A DNA stretch of 64,000 nucleotides from Octopus bimaculoides (Eukaryota), in NCBI RefSeq assembly GCF_001194135.2, contig NC_068983.1:97533773-97597772 (forward strand). Direction: 5' to 3'. The stretch's first letter is position 1, and each line of letters begins with the position of its first letter. A program made the translations under genes and the position numbers. The notes beneath the pieces were generated by a model. That model worked only from the letters and a program-made list of their open reading frames with translations. It was not told the DNA's origin and did not search any database. Of this stretch, positions 40,090 through 52,313 are shown one piece after another.

Positions 40090-42385
40090 CTTCTCGTATA
40101 TATTTCATGCACATTTACATCCGTAAACATACATTTATATGTGTGTTCTGGGGATATATAGACGCGCGCGCGCACACACATATATAAATACATACACAAA
40201 CACACGCACATATACGCACACGCACACACACGCTCACACACACATGTATGTATATAGGTATGTGCGTAAGTACATACATCATCATCAACATCATCATCAT
40301 CATCATCATCAGATCGGAAGAGCGTCNNNNNNNNNNNNNNNNNNNNNNNNNNNNNNNNNNNNNNNNNNNNNNNNNNNNNNNNNNNNNNNNNNNNNNNNNN
40401 NNNNNNNNNNNNNNNNNNNNNNNNNNNNNNNNNNNNNNNNNNNNNNNNNNNNNNNNNNNNNNNNNNNNNNNNNNNNNNNNNNNNNNNNNNNNNNNNNNNN
40501 NNNNNNNNNNNNNNNNNNNNNNNNNNNNNNNNNNNNNNNNNNNNNNNNNNNNNNNNNNNNNNNNNNNNNNNNNNNNNNNNNNNNNNNNNNNNNNNNNNNN
40601 NNNNNNNNNNNNNNNNNNNNNNNNNNNNNNNNNNNNNNNNNNNNNNNNNNNNNNNNNNNNNNNNNNNNNNNNNNNNNNNNNNNNNNNNNNNNNNNNNNNN
40701 NNNNNNNNNNNNNNNNNNNNNNNNNNNNNNNNNNNNNNNNNNNNNNNNNNNNNNNNNNNNNNNNNNNNNNNNNNNNNNNNNNNNNNNNNNNNNNNNNNNN
40801 NNNNNNNNNNNNNNNNNNNNNNNNNNNNNNNNNNNNNNNNNNNNNNNNNNNNNNNNNNNNNNNNNNNNNNNNNNNNNNNNNNNNNNNNNNNNNNNNNNNN
40901 NNNNNNNNNNNNNNNNNNNNNNNNNNNNNNNNNNNNNNNNNNNNNNNNNNNNNNNNNNNNNNNNNNNNNNNNNNNNNNNNNNNNNNNNNNNNNNNNNNNN
41001 NNNNNNNNNNNNNNNNNNCACCACCACCACCACCACTGCCGCCGCCGCCGCCACCACCACCGCCACCACCGCCACCACTGCCGCCGCCGCCGCCACTGTC
41101 GCCTTCACCACCGCTTCCACTTCGTTTGCCTTTCTTTATCTTTTTACCCTTCTCTCCAGGCATTCCAATTGAGTGTCACTAGCTATCTCGTACACGCTTA
41201 TTTTCTGACTAACCCGACACATTCACATATGCGCATGCGCACGCACACGTCTGTTGCTGTTTTATGCATGTGCTTTTGCTTTCGTTTAACACACACACAC
41301 ACTCACAAATAGGCGCCAACGAAGGAGCCTCTACGTAATTACTCAACCTGTATAATATAGCAACCAAATCACCCTAAAAAATACAAAACAAACAAACATG
41401 GTGCATGATGTTTTATAATGTCGTACACGGCTTCCTGTGCAAAGGGAAATATAGATGGAATGATCACGGACAGAATGTCATTCATTACAAGCCTGTTCCG
41501 TATCTAAAACCAATAACGGTAAGACATTTATCCAAATACATGAAATCGTTTTATCACTTCCATGCTATTTCAGTCTCACCTCCACCGCTCGTTTTTACTT
41601 TCCACTACCTTTCCTCTGTTATTCTCTCCGCATATATCTTGTATGTGATTCAACTGGGGAAGATCGCCGGGTGACGGCAATATGGCTTGCCCACCAGGGT
41701 CAATGGATTCAATGAGACCAGGCAATTGTGCGCCCACTGTCCTAGAAGGGACACCGGAGCACTGATCTGGGAAGATTATCCTTCCTTCTTCATGCTATCA
41801 TTGACCTCTTGCCAACCCTAAATAATCTTTGAATATGGGGTAAAGAAAAAAAAACCCTCTGTCTTTTAACCGGATTATAAAAGAGCATTTATATAGGAGA
41901 CACGCAGTAGTAACGCTAAAAGGGAATGCAGTCCGTAAGGACTCGGGAGAAAGATAGAAGAGTAGAAAGATGAGCTAGAAGAGGAGGAAGGTAGAAGGAA
42001 AATATAAAATGAGAAGTGGAAAGATAAGAAATATCGAATGCTTGGAGCTGAACGTTTGACCTAGGCACTGGTCAAGTGGAAACAGGATGGGTGATAAAAG
42101 AAATGGGATGGTCACGTGGTACCGAAAATGGAAAGGAGGGCGCGAAAAAACTGAAGGGGAAAGGGAGGGGAAGAGAGAGTGAGGGAGAGAGAGAGAAAGG
42201 CAGAGAATAGAGAGATACGAACAGTGAAGGAGGAGAGAAGGTAGGGGNNNNNNNNNNATGGAGAGATACGAACAGTGAAGGAGGAGAGAAGGTAGGGGAT
42301 TAACAGGTGGGAAGAGGGAGTTTGGAAAGAGAAAGGAATAAAGGAAGGAATGGAAGATAAGGAAAGAGAAAAGTGGTGGAAAATC

Positions 42386-43284
42386 TTAGGTTGTTTGGAA
42401 AATATTGTTCAATTTTTGGAAAATATGTTTTCAAGTTCGATTTAAGATGTTGTTTTCTGTAGTGTATTGGACGAAATTTTACATGCTTAATAACTGACGT
42501 GCACTCTTTAATAGATTTTTAGTGATTTCTTTCAGAATATAATTTTGAAGCGTAGAAATCCTTAATTTCAAGTGTGGAGAAAGAAATGCGCTTACCTTTA
42601 TTGGTATGAATTCAAGCTTGGACATAATGCTTCCCTAACAGCCGCCAATATCAACAGAGCATGTGGTGAAGGGTTCACTAGTGATCGGACGGTACGTTGG
42701 TGGTTTGAAAGATTCCATAGTGGGGATGATAACCTTGAAGGTAGAGAACGTTCATCTACTCTTAGAGATCAGCATTTGAAAACAAGTCAAGCAAAACCCA
42801 CGACAGAGGAATGTTTCATATGCTTGGTGTCAGTTAGCAACTGGAAAAATTGCATGTTCACTTGAGCAAAATGAGATCCGCATTTGTTAATCGACGTGGT
42901 CCAATTCTGTTCCACGACAATGCTCAACCACACGTTTCCAGGATAACACTGCAGAAGTTCACAGACTTGGGATACGAGACTTTGCCACATCCTCTATGTT
43001 CCCCTGATCTTTTACCTGACTATCATTTTTTCATAACAGTTTTTTTTAAGGCAAAAAACCTTCCGTCCCAAAACCGAGGTTGAAACTGAATTCAAGGATT
43101 TCTTGGCATCAAATCTTTTGAATTTTTGTCGAAGAGGCATAAATGACCTTGTTAATCGATGGAAGAAATGCATAGCTATTCAGGGATCATATTTTGAATG
43201 ATCAAACCTTTGTATTAGTTCAGTTGTTCAAGAATATAGGCTTATTTTTTTTTTAAATCAGCCATTATTTTCCGGACAACCAAA
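42386..43284 (+). mobile_element. Mariner transposon, internally deleted and frameshifted
   Basis: TIR-like ends TTAGGTTGTTTGGAAAATA and ATTTTCCGGACAACCAAA|TA; YEFKLGHNAS..NINRACGEG..SDRTVRWWFERF (HTH) and ILFHDNAQPH..LPHP..SPDL (DDD). Confidence 0.9.
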
Positions 43285-43714
43285 TAGAAAGATATGCAGN
43301 NNNNNNNNNNNNNNNNNNNNNNNNNNNNNNNNNNNNNNNNNNNNNNNNNNNNNNNNNNNNNNNNNNNNNNNNNNNNNNNNNNNNNNNNNNNNNNNNNNNN
43401 NNNNNNNNNNNNNNNNNNNNNNNNNNNNNNNNNNNNNNNNNNNNNNNNNNNNNNNNNNNNNNNNNNNNNNNNNNNNNNNNNNNNNNNNNNNNNNNNNNNN
43501 NNNNNNNNNNNNNNNNNNNNNNNNNNNNNNNNNNNNNNNNNNNNNNNNNNNNNNNNNNNNNNNNNNNNNNNNNNNNNNNNNNNNNNNNNNNNNNNNNNNN
43601 NNNNNNNNNNNNNNNNNNNNNNNNNNNNNNNNNNNNNNNNNNNNNNNNNNNNNNNNNNNNNGCTGCTGAGAATGGGTGGAAACAGAAGGGGGTGCATGGT
43701 GTTAAATCAAATAT

Positions 43715-43930
43715 TCTTTTCTACCCTAGGCAGAAGGCTCAAAATTTTTGGGGAGGGGGTCAGTCGATTAGATTGACCCCAGTACGCAACTGGTACTTAA
43801 TTTATCGATCCCAAAATGATGAAAGGCAAAGTCGACCTTCGCGGAATTTGAACTCAGAACGTTAAGACAGACGAAATACTGCTAAGCATTTCGCTCGGCG
43901 TGCTAACGTTTCCGCCAGCTCGCCGCCTTG
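43715..43930 (-). mobile_element. SINE family A, full length
   Basis: Close match to the other family A copies. Confidence 0.9.
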
Positions 43931-44209
43931 TTAAATCAAATATTAAAAGTAAGAGGTAGCACAGGAAGACGATAAAGGAACACATGGAAAATATTCGCAA
44001 AATACGTGAACACGTTAATCCCTCATTAGTTATCGACCAAAAATCATTACAATTTCTTGCCATTATCGATAAGATTGTCCATTTTGTTGGCGTTAACAGC
44101 AAAACACGCTAATGGGATATGTTAGCGGACATGAAAGACAGAATGGAATCAATGAAAAAAGGAAACAAATACAGTCTATGTGCATGTATGTATGAGTGTG
44201 TGTATGTCC

Positions 44210-44400
44210 GCCTCCACCTGACAACCAGTGTCGGTTTGTTTACGCCCTCTTGATATAGCGATTCAAAAAAAAGGACCCATAGAATAATAAACGGACTTTA
44301 AAAGAAAATTACTGGGATCGAATTGTTCGGCTAAAAGCCTTCAAGATGTTGTCTTAAAATAAACGCAGTCCAATAACTGAAACAAGTAAAGGATAAACGA
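44210..44400 (+). mobile_element. SINE family B, 3' half
   Basis: CCTGACAACCAGTGTCGGTTTGTTTACG...ACTGAAACAAGTAAAGGAT. Confidence 0.7.
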
Positions 44401-45473
44401 AGTTTTGTTGCTACCGTTCACCTTGATGTCGTTGCTATTTGCTGTTCGACAGCATCATCGAATTAGAATATTTATAACAGACCTGCTGTTCCTATAATCA
44501 TTAAAATCCTTCTTTTCGTTTGTCGACATATAATTATATTTATGCCTTTAGTGTTCTCTTCGAGCATGTGTTTATGTAAATGGAGATAGTTTACTGGAGA
44601 TATGGTTGCGGATAGATATGTATGTATATGTTTGCATGTAACTATTGTTGAATATAAGCATGTATGTATACATGTATTTATATAAACATGTAGTTACGTA
44701 CACACACACACACACTATCACAAATTTATGTCTGCATACATGTATATTTATCTACATGAGTATATATATATATATATACATATATATATGTATATATGCA
44801 TATATANNNNNNNNNNNNNNNNNNNNNNNNNNNNNNNNNNNNNNNNNNNNNNNNNNNNNNNNNNNNNNNNNNNNNNNNNNNNNNNNNNNNNNNNNNNNNN
44901 NNNNNNNNNNNNNNNNNNNNNNNNNNNNNNNNNNNNNNNNNNNNNNNNNNNNNNNNNNNNNNNNNNNNNNNNNNNNNNNNNNNNNNNNNNNNNNNNNNNN
45001 NNNNNNNNNNNNNNNNNNNNNNNNNNNNNNNNNNNNNNNNNNNNNNNNNNNNNNNNNNNNNNNNNNNNNNNNNNNNNNNNNNNNNNNNNNNNNNNNNNNN
45101 NNNNNNNNNNNNNNNNNNNNNNNNNNNNNNNNNNNNNNNNNNNNNNNNNNNNNNNNNNNNNNNNNNNNNNNNNNNNNNNNNNNNNNNNNNNNNNNNNNNN
45201 NNNNNNNNNNNNNNNNNNNNNNNNNNNNNNNNNNNNNNNNNNNNNNNNNNNNNNNNNNNNNNNNNNNNNNNNNNNNNNNNNNNNNNNNNNNNNNNNNNNN
45301 NNNNNNNNNNNNNNNNNNNNNNNNNNNNNNNNNNNNNNNNNNNNNNNNNNNNNNNNNNNNNNNNNNNNNNNNNNNNNNNNNNNNNNNNNNNNNNNNNNNN
45401 NNNNNNNNNNNNNNNNNNNNNNNNNNNNNNNNNNNNNNNNNNNNNNNNNNNNNNNNNNNNNNNNNNNNNNNNN

Positions 45474-45553
<80 letters not shown>

Positions 45554-46061
45554 GGTCCTTCGATATTTATTTCCATTTTATTTTATCACGATAAGAACCA
45601 GTCAATCATCGATTTTCTGAGCTCTTCTTACTTGACTAGTCAAAAGTTTGTGCAAATCAGAAGATGAACGACTTATAGTTTGCAGAAGCTATAAGTTCTG
45701 GTATTTTGACAGTTCTGTTGATACAATGGAGCTACTGTGCATATATTTGTGCTGTCTAGCATTTGAAAATTGCTATTGTGGTGTACAAAATTTTATGACT
45801 GTTATTCTTCATTTAATCACATAACCAAAATACCCCAACAGCGTAGTTTCACGAAAAGATCCATAACAGACACAGATATGACTGTGTAGTAAGAAGTTTG
45901 CTTCCAAAGCACATGATTTCAGTCCTGCTGTGCGGCTCTTTGAACAAATGTTTTCTACTATAAAACGAAGCCAACTAAAGGCATGTAAGTGGATTTTGTA
46001 ACGGAAACTGGAAACTGAAAACACTTCTTTTCTTTGTGTGTGTGGGTGGGGGGTGTTATAA

Positions 46062-46300
46062 TGAGGGCCGGTTTATAGGGTTACCCTGGATTTCTCGCTC
46101 ATAAGGGGTTTAGCCTTACCGCGTATCTTCAGACCCCAAACACTCATGGCCTAAGACCTGTTCAAAATATGGAGGGGGAAATGCCTTTCTGTAGAAGTAA
46201 ACACTAGGTGATTACCTCATTTTGCCATTGGTCATCGAGCTTCGGCTGCGCCGCCACCTTCGGCCTTGGCTATTGGCTTCCGGCTGTATTGTCGCCTTGT
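46062..46300 (-). mobile_element. GC-rich structured insertion with hammerhead-like motif
   Basis: CTTCGG-containing GC-rich segment on the plus strand; hammerhead fold at 46071-46141 on the minus strand. Confidence 0.45.
46071..46141 (-). ncRNA. Type I hammerhead ribozyme-like motif with intact core
   Basis: GTTTGGGGT-CTGAAGA-[TACGCGGTAAGG..CCTTATGAGCGA]-GAAA-TCCAGGGT-A|ACCCTATAAAC. Confidence 0.5.
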
Positions 46301-46304
46301 TGAT

Positions 46305-46790
46305 TCCAAAAAGCCAGCAGGAAAAACATATTGCCATGAAATTGCCAAAATGAACGAAAAACTGTTACCTCTTCGTCCCATACTGGTCAACAGAAGATGG
46401 CCAATCATTCTTCATGACAATGCTCAACCACACGTTTCACTAATGACGTTCCAGAATTTGAGGAAACTTGGCTAGAAAGTTCTTCCCCACCCAGCTTATT
46501 CACCAGACCTTTCTCCTACCGACTACCGCTTTTTCAAGCACTTTGATGGTTTCCTGCGAGAGAAGGAGTTCAAAAATCAAACTGATGCTGAAAATGCTTT
46601 CAACGAGTTCATCAGTTCCAGAACTCCAGATTTTTATGTTACCGGAATAAACAAACTTGTAACTCAATGGCAAGAATGTGTTGATTGTAATGGTACTTAG
46701 TTTGATGAATAAAATTTCCGCATTGGTGAAGTATATTGTTATGAATTTCATGTTTCGAAGATTTGCTTAATCTTTACTCAGGCTGATACA
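46305..46790 (+). mobile_element. Mariner transposase 3' half remnant
   Basis: IILHDNAQPHVS..LG*KVLPHPAYSPDLSPTDYRFFKHFDGFL..FYVTGINKLVTQWQECVDCNG. Confidence 0.9.
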
Positions 46791-47059
46791 TACTGCTTGA
46801 GTATAAACATAATATATTTCAAATTGGAGAAACTGTGTCTACACCCCAGCAATTCGCGTATGAAATCCACAAAACTATAACTTACTAGGTGTTAAGGTCT
46901 TTCTGTATCCTTTCAATAATGCTTTAGTGTCATCCGGCTGACTTTTTCACATTTTTCTTTTTCCAGGGGTATCAATAGAGATAGCTAACAAAGCAGTTTA
47001 TTTTGATTAGGTGGTATTAGTTGTTTTTAGTTAACGCTTCCATATATATTAGTGTCTAT

Positions 47060-47099
<40 letters not shown>

Positions 47100-47104
<5 letters not shown>

Positions 47105-47334
47105 TTAATACATATAAATATCATTTATAATAATATCCGATGTCTGTAAGTAATTCAGGAAAAGCAGAAGAAGGCGATCGGCCAGAAGCAGACAGTAAAT
47201 AGCAGTTAAAGAATTAAAATGAGACATTAAATACTACGCGCTCTATTCTTTTAGCTAAGACAATGCATGGGCTACGTTCCTTAAACCGCGCTCTGCATCT
47301 CTTCTCTAAGTATCTACCACTCAGATATACTACA

Positions 47335-47390
<56 letters not shown>

Positions 47391-47632
47391 TTAATACATA
47401 TAAATATCATTTATAATAATATCCGATGTCTGTAAGTAATTCAGGAAAAGCAGAAGAAGGCGATCGGCCAGAAGCAGACAGTAAATAGCAGTTAAAGAAT
47501 TAAAATGAGACATTAAATACTACGCGCTCTATTCTTTTAGCTAAGACAATGCATGGGCTACGTTCCTTAAACCGCGCTCTGCATCTCTTCTCTAAGTATC
47601 TACCACTCAGATATACTACACACACATACACA

Positions 47633-47660
<28 letters not shown>
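47100..47660. repeat. Apparently identical tandem duplication of about 290 bp bounded by (CA)n
   Basis: TACATTAATACATATAAATATC...CAGATATACTACAC occurs twice. Confidence 0.9.
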
Positions 47661-47669
<9 letters not shown>

Positions 47670-47816
47670 TTGCATATGCATGTTAGTTTAATGTTTTTAT
47701 TATGTATATAGCAATACATAGATATAAATATGTAAATATGTATCCTTTCATATATATGCATATGTATGTGTATATAAATATAAATAAATCAATGAATATA
47801 AGTATATATTAACTAT

Positions 47817-48300
47817 ATTTGGTTAAAATTGATGGGTGAGTGTTTGACCCAATCGGATGCGCAAGGAGCCGTGTTAGCGTTGATTTGTGGGTTCGATTCT
47901 GGCTGGGGTTAGCTCATCATTTTTCAGTCATTTGCTTTTATTTATAAATTGTCTCTTCAAATTGGAGTATAAAATATTATTATGATATATTATACAGCTA
48001 TTTTTATACTATGAGCCTTCCTTAGTAGCTTTCTCACCGTAACTTACAAAGACTTCCGCGTTTGTTTACAAATATTATATGTGGTATTAAACAGTTTAAG
48101 TATATATTAATTAAATTTGGCTGCAATTTATGGGTGAGCGTTTGGTCCAATCGGATGCGCAAGGAGCCATGTTAGCGGTGATTTGTGGATCCGATTCTGG
48201 CTGGGGTCAGGTCATTAATAGTTAGTCGTCTGTTTGTATTTATAAATTGTCGCTTGAAATCGGAGAATAAAATATTATTGTGATATATTACTACACAGTC
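47817..48300 (+). repeat. Diverged tandem duplication (about 296 bp period), each copy with a tRNA-like segment
   Basis: GGGTGAG.GTTTG..CCAATCGGATGCGCAAGGAGCC.TGTTAGCG.TGATTTGTGG.T.CGATTCTGGCTGGGGT present twice. Confidence 0.8.
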
Positions 48301-48343
<43 letters not shown>

Positions 48344-48358
48344 GCACATACATATATA

Positions 48359-49252
48359 CGCGGTCTGATCAATAAGTATCAATAAGTAATAAGTTGCCAT
48401 AGTAACGAAACTAATGCACACAGGTAAGGTCGCTTGGCAAAGATTGACCTTGAACACTGCTGTGCATGTGCACTAAGCTTTAACGTTCTAATTTATTCCG
48501 GTTGTTTACAGCTGTGCTTGGAAGGAAGGTGTGTAGCATGTGATCGTCGCATTGACCATGACAGAGAATGTTATGATGGCGATATCTGCTCAGAGGCCCA
48601 CGCAAATATGCGGAAAGTGTATAGAGAGGAGTGTATGAGCCACATACAAGTGTACGAGTGTTTCAGACGTTTACAAAAGGACCGAAGAAATGCTGATATT
48701 GATGAACGTTCTGGGAGGCCTGCAACCAACAGAAATGAGAAAGACAACGCAGATGTGCGTGCAGCTGTGAGGGGAAATCTTCTAATCACCATCCATGAAC
48801 TATCAGAGTATGTGCAGATTAGTTACGGTTCAGTTCAGTCCATTATCACTGAAGATTTGGGTATGAGACGCGTGTCTGTCAAGTTTGTGCAAAAACTGCA
48901 TTCAGCAGACTTAAAAGACACACTAGTTTCAGTTACACAAAATCTTGTTAATTGTGTCGAGATCGACGAAAACTTTCTGAAAAATTTGCGTAGGCCTCTG
49001 AGCAGACGTCGCCAAACTTTCGGCAAAATCTGAAGTTCAACTTTATGTGTCATGGTCAATTCAACGATCACTCGTTACACACCTTCCTTCCAAGCACTAC
49101 TGTAAATAGCGGAAGTAAGCTAGGACATTGAAACTTAGTGAGCATGCAGACACAGCAGAGTTCCAGGTTAATCTGTGTGAAGCGGTTTCATTCAGCGTGC
49201 TTCAGCTTTGTTACGACTGGGACAGTCCGGATACTTATTGATCAGACCAATG
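48359..49252 (+). mobile_element. Mariner derivative with long (about 200 bp) imperfect inverted ends and only the N-terminal transposase half
   Basis: TA|CGCGGTCTGATCAATAAGTATC and GATACTTATTGATCAGACC; inner GTGCTTGGAAGGAAGGTGTG inverted as CACACCTTCCTTCCAAGCAC; ORF VYECFRRLQKDR..DERSGRP..ISYGSVQSIITEDLGMRRVSVKFVQK. Confidence 0.9.
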
Positions 49253-49731
49253 ATAGTCAATTAAAAAAAGCACAGAGTAAAGAAAACGAAAAAAACAAAA
49301 CAAACGAACATGTGGACGTAGCACAAGCAATGTATTAATAAGACACTCGAAGAACGAAAAGGGTAGTAGCTTTACAATTCGAGCATAGCTCTTCTTTGGA
49401 AACAGGAAAAACAAGAAAGTCCAAGACAAAGGAGGATAAAATTCGCCAACAATTACGTGCGGTTACATTTTTGAAGTGACTGGAAGTAGAAGGAATGAAG
49501 AGAAAGTGCTTTCTGGGACAGGAGTGTGTGAAAATGATCAATATGTGTGTGTGTGTGTGTGTGTGCGTATTTGCATGTGTGCGTAGATAGAAGGGTAAAT
49601 AGTGAGTCAGAGGCAGAGGCAGTCTAAAGAGGGTGGGAGAATGGGTGGGAGTGACTGTGCGAATGGGGGATGAATGCATGTATATACTAATGCATAAATA
49701 TATATATATTAACCATATATATACATATATG

Positions 49732-49763
<32 letters not shown>

Positions 49764-50149
49764 TATATATATAAATATATATATATACATACATATTGAT
49801 ATGTGTATATAAATACACACATATGCATTCGTTAGACACGTGCATATACACAAATTTTCCTGTNNNNNNNNNNNNNNNNNNNNNNNNNATATATATATAT
49901 ATATATATATACATACAATTATATATGCGTGTATGTTTATGTGTGTTTGCATGTGTGTTTGCATGTGTGTGTCTGTGCTGTCTTTTTGCATGCGTATGTG
50001 TGTTTGATGGCTATCTATCAAATCGACGTTACCCTTTTCCATTTTTTGTTCCAATGCATACATAGATAATGAATTCATAGATGCGGCTCAAGATCAAAAA
50101 GAAAGAGACAGATGTGTAGACAAGCGGTACACAGATAAAGGATCGAATC

Positions 50150-50700
50150 ACGGATGTTCGGTGGCTGTATCTGAGTAATGGCCTCGATCTCCCCTTCGTT
50201 CGTCCTTTCCAGCATTTCTAAGGCCTACCACTTTGGTGGGAGCAGTCTGTTAGCTACCGATAGACCTCGGCTCTTTCTAGATAAGACTCTTCCTTTCGAA
50301 TTACATGATTGGTTCTGTGGAGAATGCCTTTTATGATCATTGTTTCGATACTGGTCGTCTCTTAACACTTGAAGCTATAGGAACATGGAAGAATAACATT
50401 CCCCATGATGAAGTATGAAGAATTTTGTATGAAGAGATGGAGAGGGGTGAGAGTTCTGGTTCAAGAAATCGAGTTTGCGTCAGACATCTAAATGCAAGAA
50501 AGGTCTGCTTGATTCTGTTGTTAAGCTTCTCACTCAACATTGGGTCGCTAAAGATGACGCTTCCAAAATGAACAAAAAGAGCATGGTCTTGTACTTGCTT
50601 GTCAATAGAAATTCCGGTGAGAAGACGATGCTCATGCTCGGTCTATGTATTTAACACTTGTCCCATCAGTCGTTAAATCAACTGTTTCCTATTCTTTTTA
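50150..50700 (-). mobile_element. RTE-like LINE RT-region remnant
   Basis: FVHFGSVIFSDPMLSEKLNNRIKQTFLAFRCL resembles FxYLGSxISxDxxLxxExxxRIxKAxxAFxxL. Confidence 0.6.
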
Positions 50701-50726
50701 GAGGACATGAATGAAGAGATACTTAC

Positions 50727-50792
50727 GTAGCATCTCCCACAAACAGCAGCCGGTAAATAACCAAGAACAAAGTTTTAGAGCAGACATGAAGC
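50727..50792 (-). other. Candidate 66-nt exon
   Basis: Acceptor ATTTTCTCAATCTGTAG, donor TAC|GTAAGT; open in phases 1 and 2. Confidence 0.3.
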
Positions 50793-50865
50793 CTACAGAT
50801 TGAGAAAATTTCCATGTGTGCGTGTGTATGTGTTTTGTGTGTATGTATGTATGTATGTATGTATG

Positions 50866-50922
<57 letters not shown>

Positions 50923-51282
50923 NNNNNNNNNNNNNNNNNNNNNNNNNNNNNNNNNNNNNNNNNNNNNNNNNNNNNNNNNNNNNNNNNNNNNNNNNNNNNN
51001 NNNNNNNNNNNNNNNNNNNNNNNNNNNNNNNNNNNNNNNNNNNNNNNNNNNNNNNNNNNNNNNNNNNNNNNNNNNNNNNNNNNNNNNNNNNNNNNNNNNN
51101 NNNNNNNNNNNNNNNNNNNNNNNNNNNNNNNNNNNNNNNNNNNNNNNNNNNNNNNNNNNNNNNNNNNNNNNNNNNNNNNNNNNNNNNNNNNNNNNNNNNN
51201 NNNNNNNNNNNNNNNNNNNNNNNNNNNNNNNNNNNNNNNNNNNNNNNNNNNNNNNNNNNNNNNNNNNNNNNNNNNNNNNNNN

Positions 51283-51329
<47 letters not shown>

Positions 51330-51503
51330 ACATAATCATTTACTTCTATGTTGATCACTTTGAAATAGGTTCTCTACGTAAGACATTCCAGTGTCGCCAA
51401 ATTTCTTTTTCTTCTGTTAACCACAGAAGCATTCGTTATTTTTATGCCACCTATTGAGAGACATTACTCTGGAAACAGAACATTTTCCAGTGGGAATACT
51501 TAC

Positions 51504-51598
51504 AAGATATGGTCATATAAATTTTCTTTATACAATGAAACAAGTGTTAGCTCTTCCAACATGCCCTTGCATTTTATACATTTGTTTCGAATCCATAA
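51504..51598 (-). other. Candidate 95-nt exon
   Basis: Acceptor TTATGTATTAG, donor CTT|GTAAGT; phase 0 reads LWIRNKCIKCKGMLEELTLVSLYKENLYDHI. Confidence 0.3.
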
Positions 51599-52040
51599 CT
51601 AATACATAATTGGTGAAAAATACTTAACTGAGTCTAATTATAGAAGTGTGAGAAAACTTTCGTTATTCCAGCTCATAGCTGAATAAAATTAGTGTAGCAG
51701 AGGACGCAGTACATGGTGAAGCTTCAATGTGGCTCTAAGAAACACTACAGTTCCTGAAACTAGGAAAAAAAAATACCATATGACAAATCGAAAAATTGCA
51801 AATGGAAGGAATACAAAAATAAATAAAACATTGGTTGGGAAGGAAGAAACAGCAACATATCTGTGCTGGTATGGTTGCGTACTTAAAAATTTTGCTTCAG
51901 AAACACGTGGTTTCAAGTTCGTACCGCAACGTGGTACCGATGTCAAGCTTGTTAACCGATCCCTCTTTTAGCCAACGATCGTATATCTAACGCTTCTGTA
52001 AGTTCCGAGTGTTCCATTTATATAAAACTAATATATCTTT

Positions 52041-52313
52041 TGTTGTGTCTGGGGAGAGTCATTCTCTTTTGGTGCCTTATAATTTAACACACTCACCGGT
52101 AAAATTTCCACTTATTTCTTATTTATTTTTCTAAGATTTTCGTTGCGTCTTGCAACCTTTTCAATAGTTTTGATAAACAGTGATCTGTGTAAAAAGTTGC
52201 GAGATGCAACGAAAATTTTTGAAAAGTCAGAGAAGAAATAAGTGGAAATTTTACCGGTGAGTGTGTTAAATTATAAGGCACCAAAAAGAGAATGACTCTC
52301 CCCAGACACAACA
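52041..52313. mobile_element. Foldback/MITE element (about 273 bp)
   Basis: About 80-bp near-perfect inverted arms (TGTTGTGTCTGGGGAGAGTCATTCTC...CCACTTATTTCTT) plus an imperfect inner stem. Confidence 0.85.
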
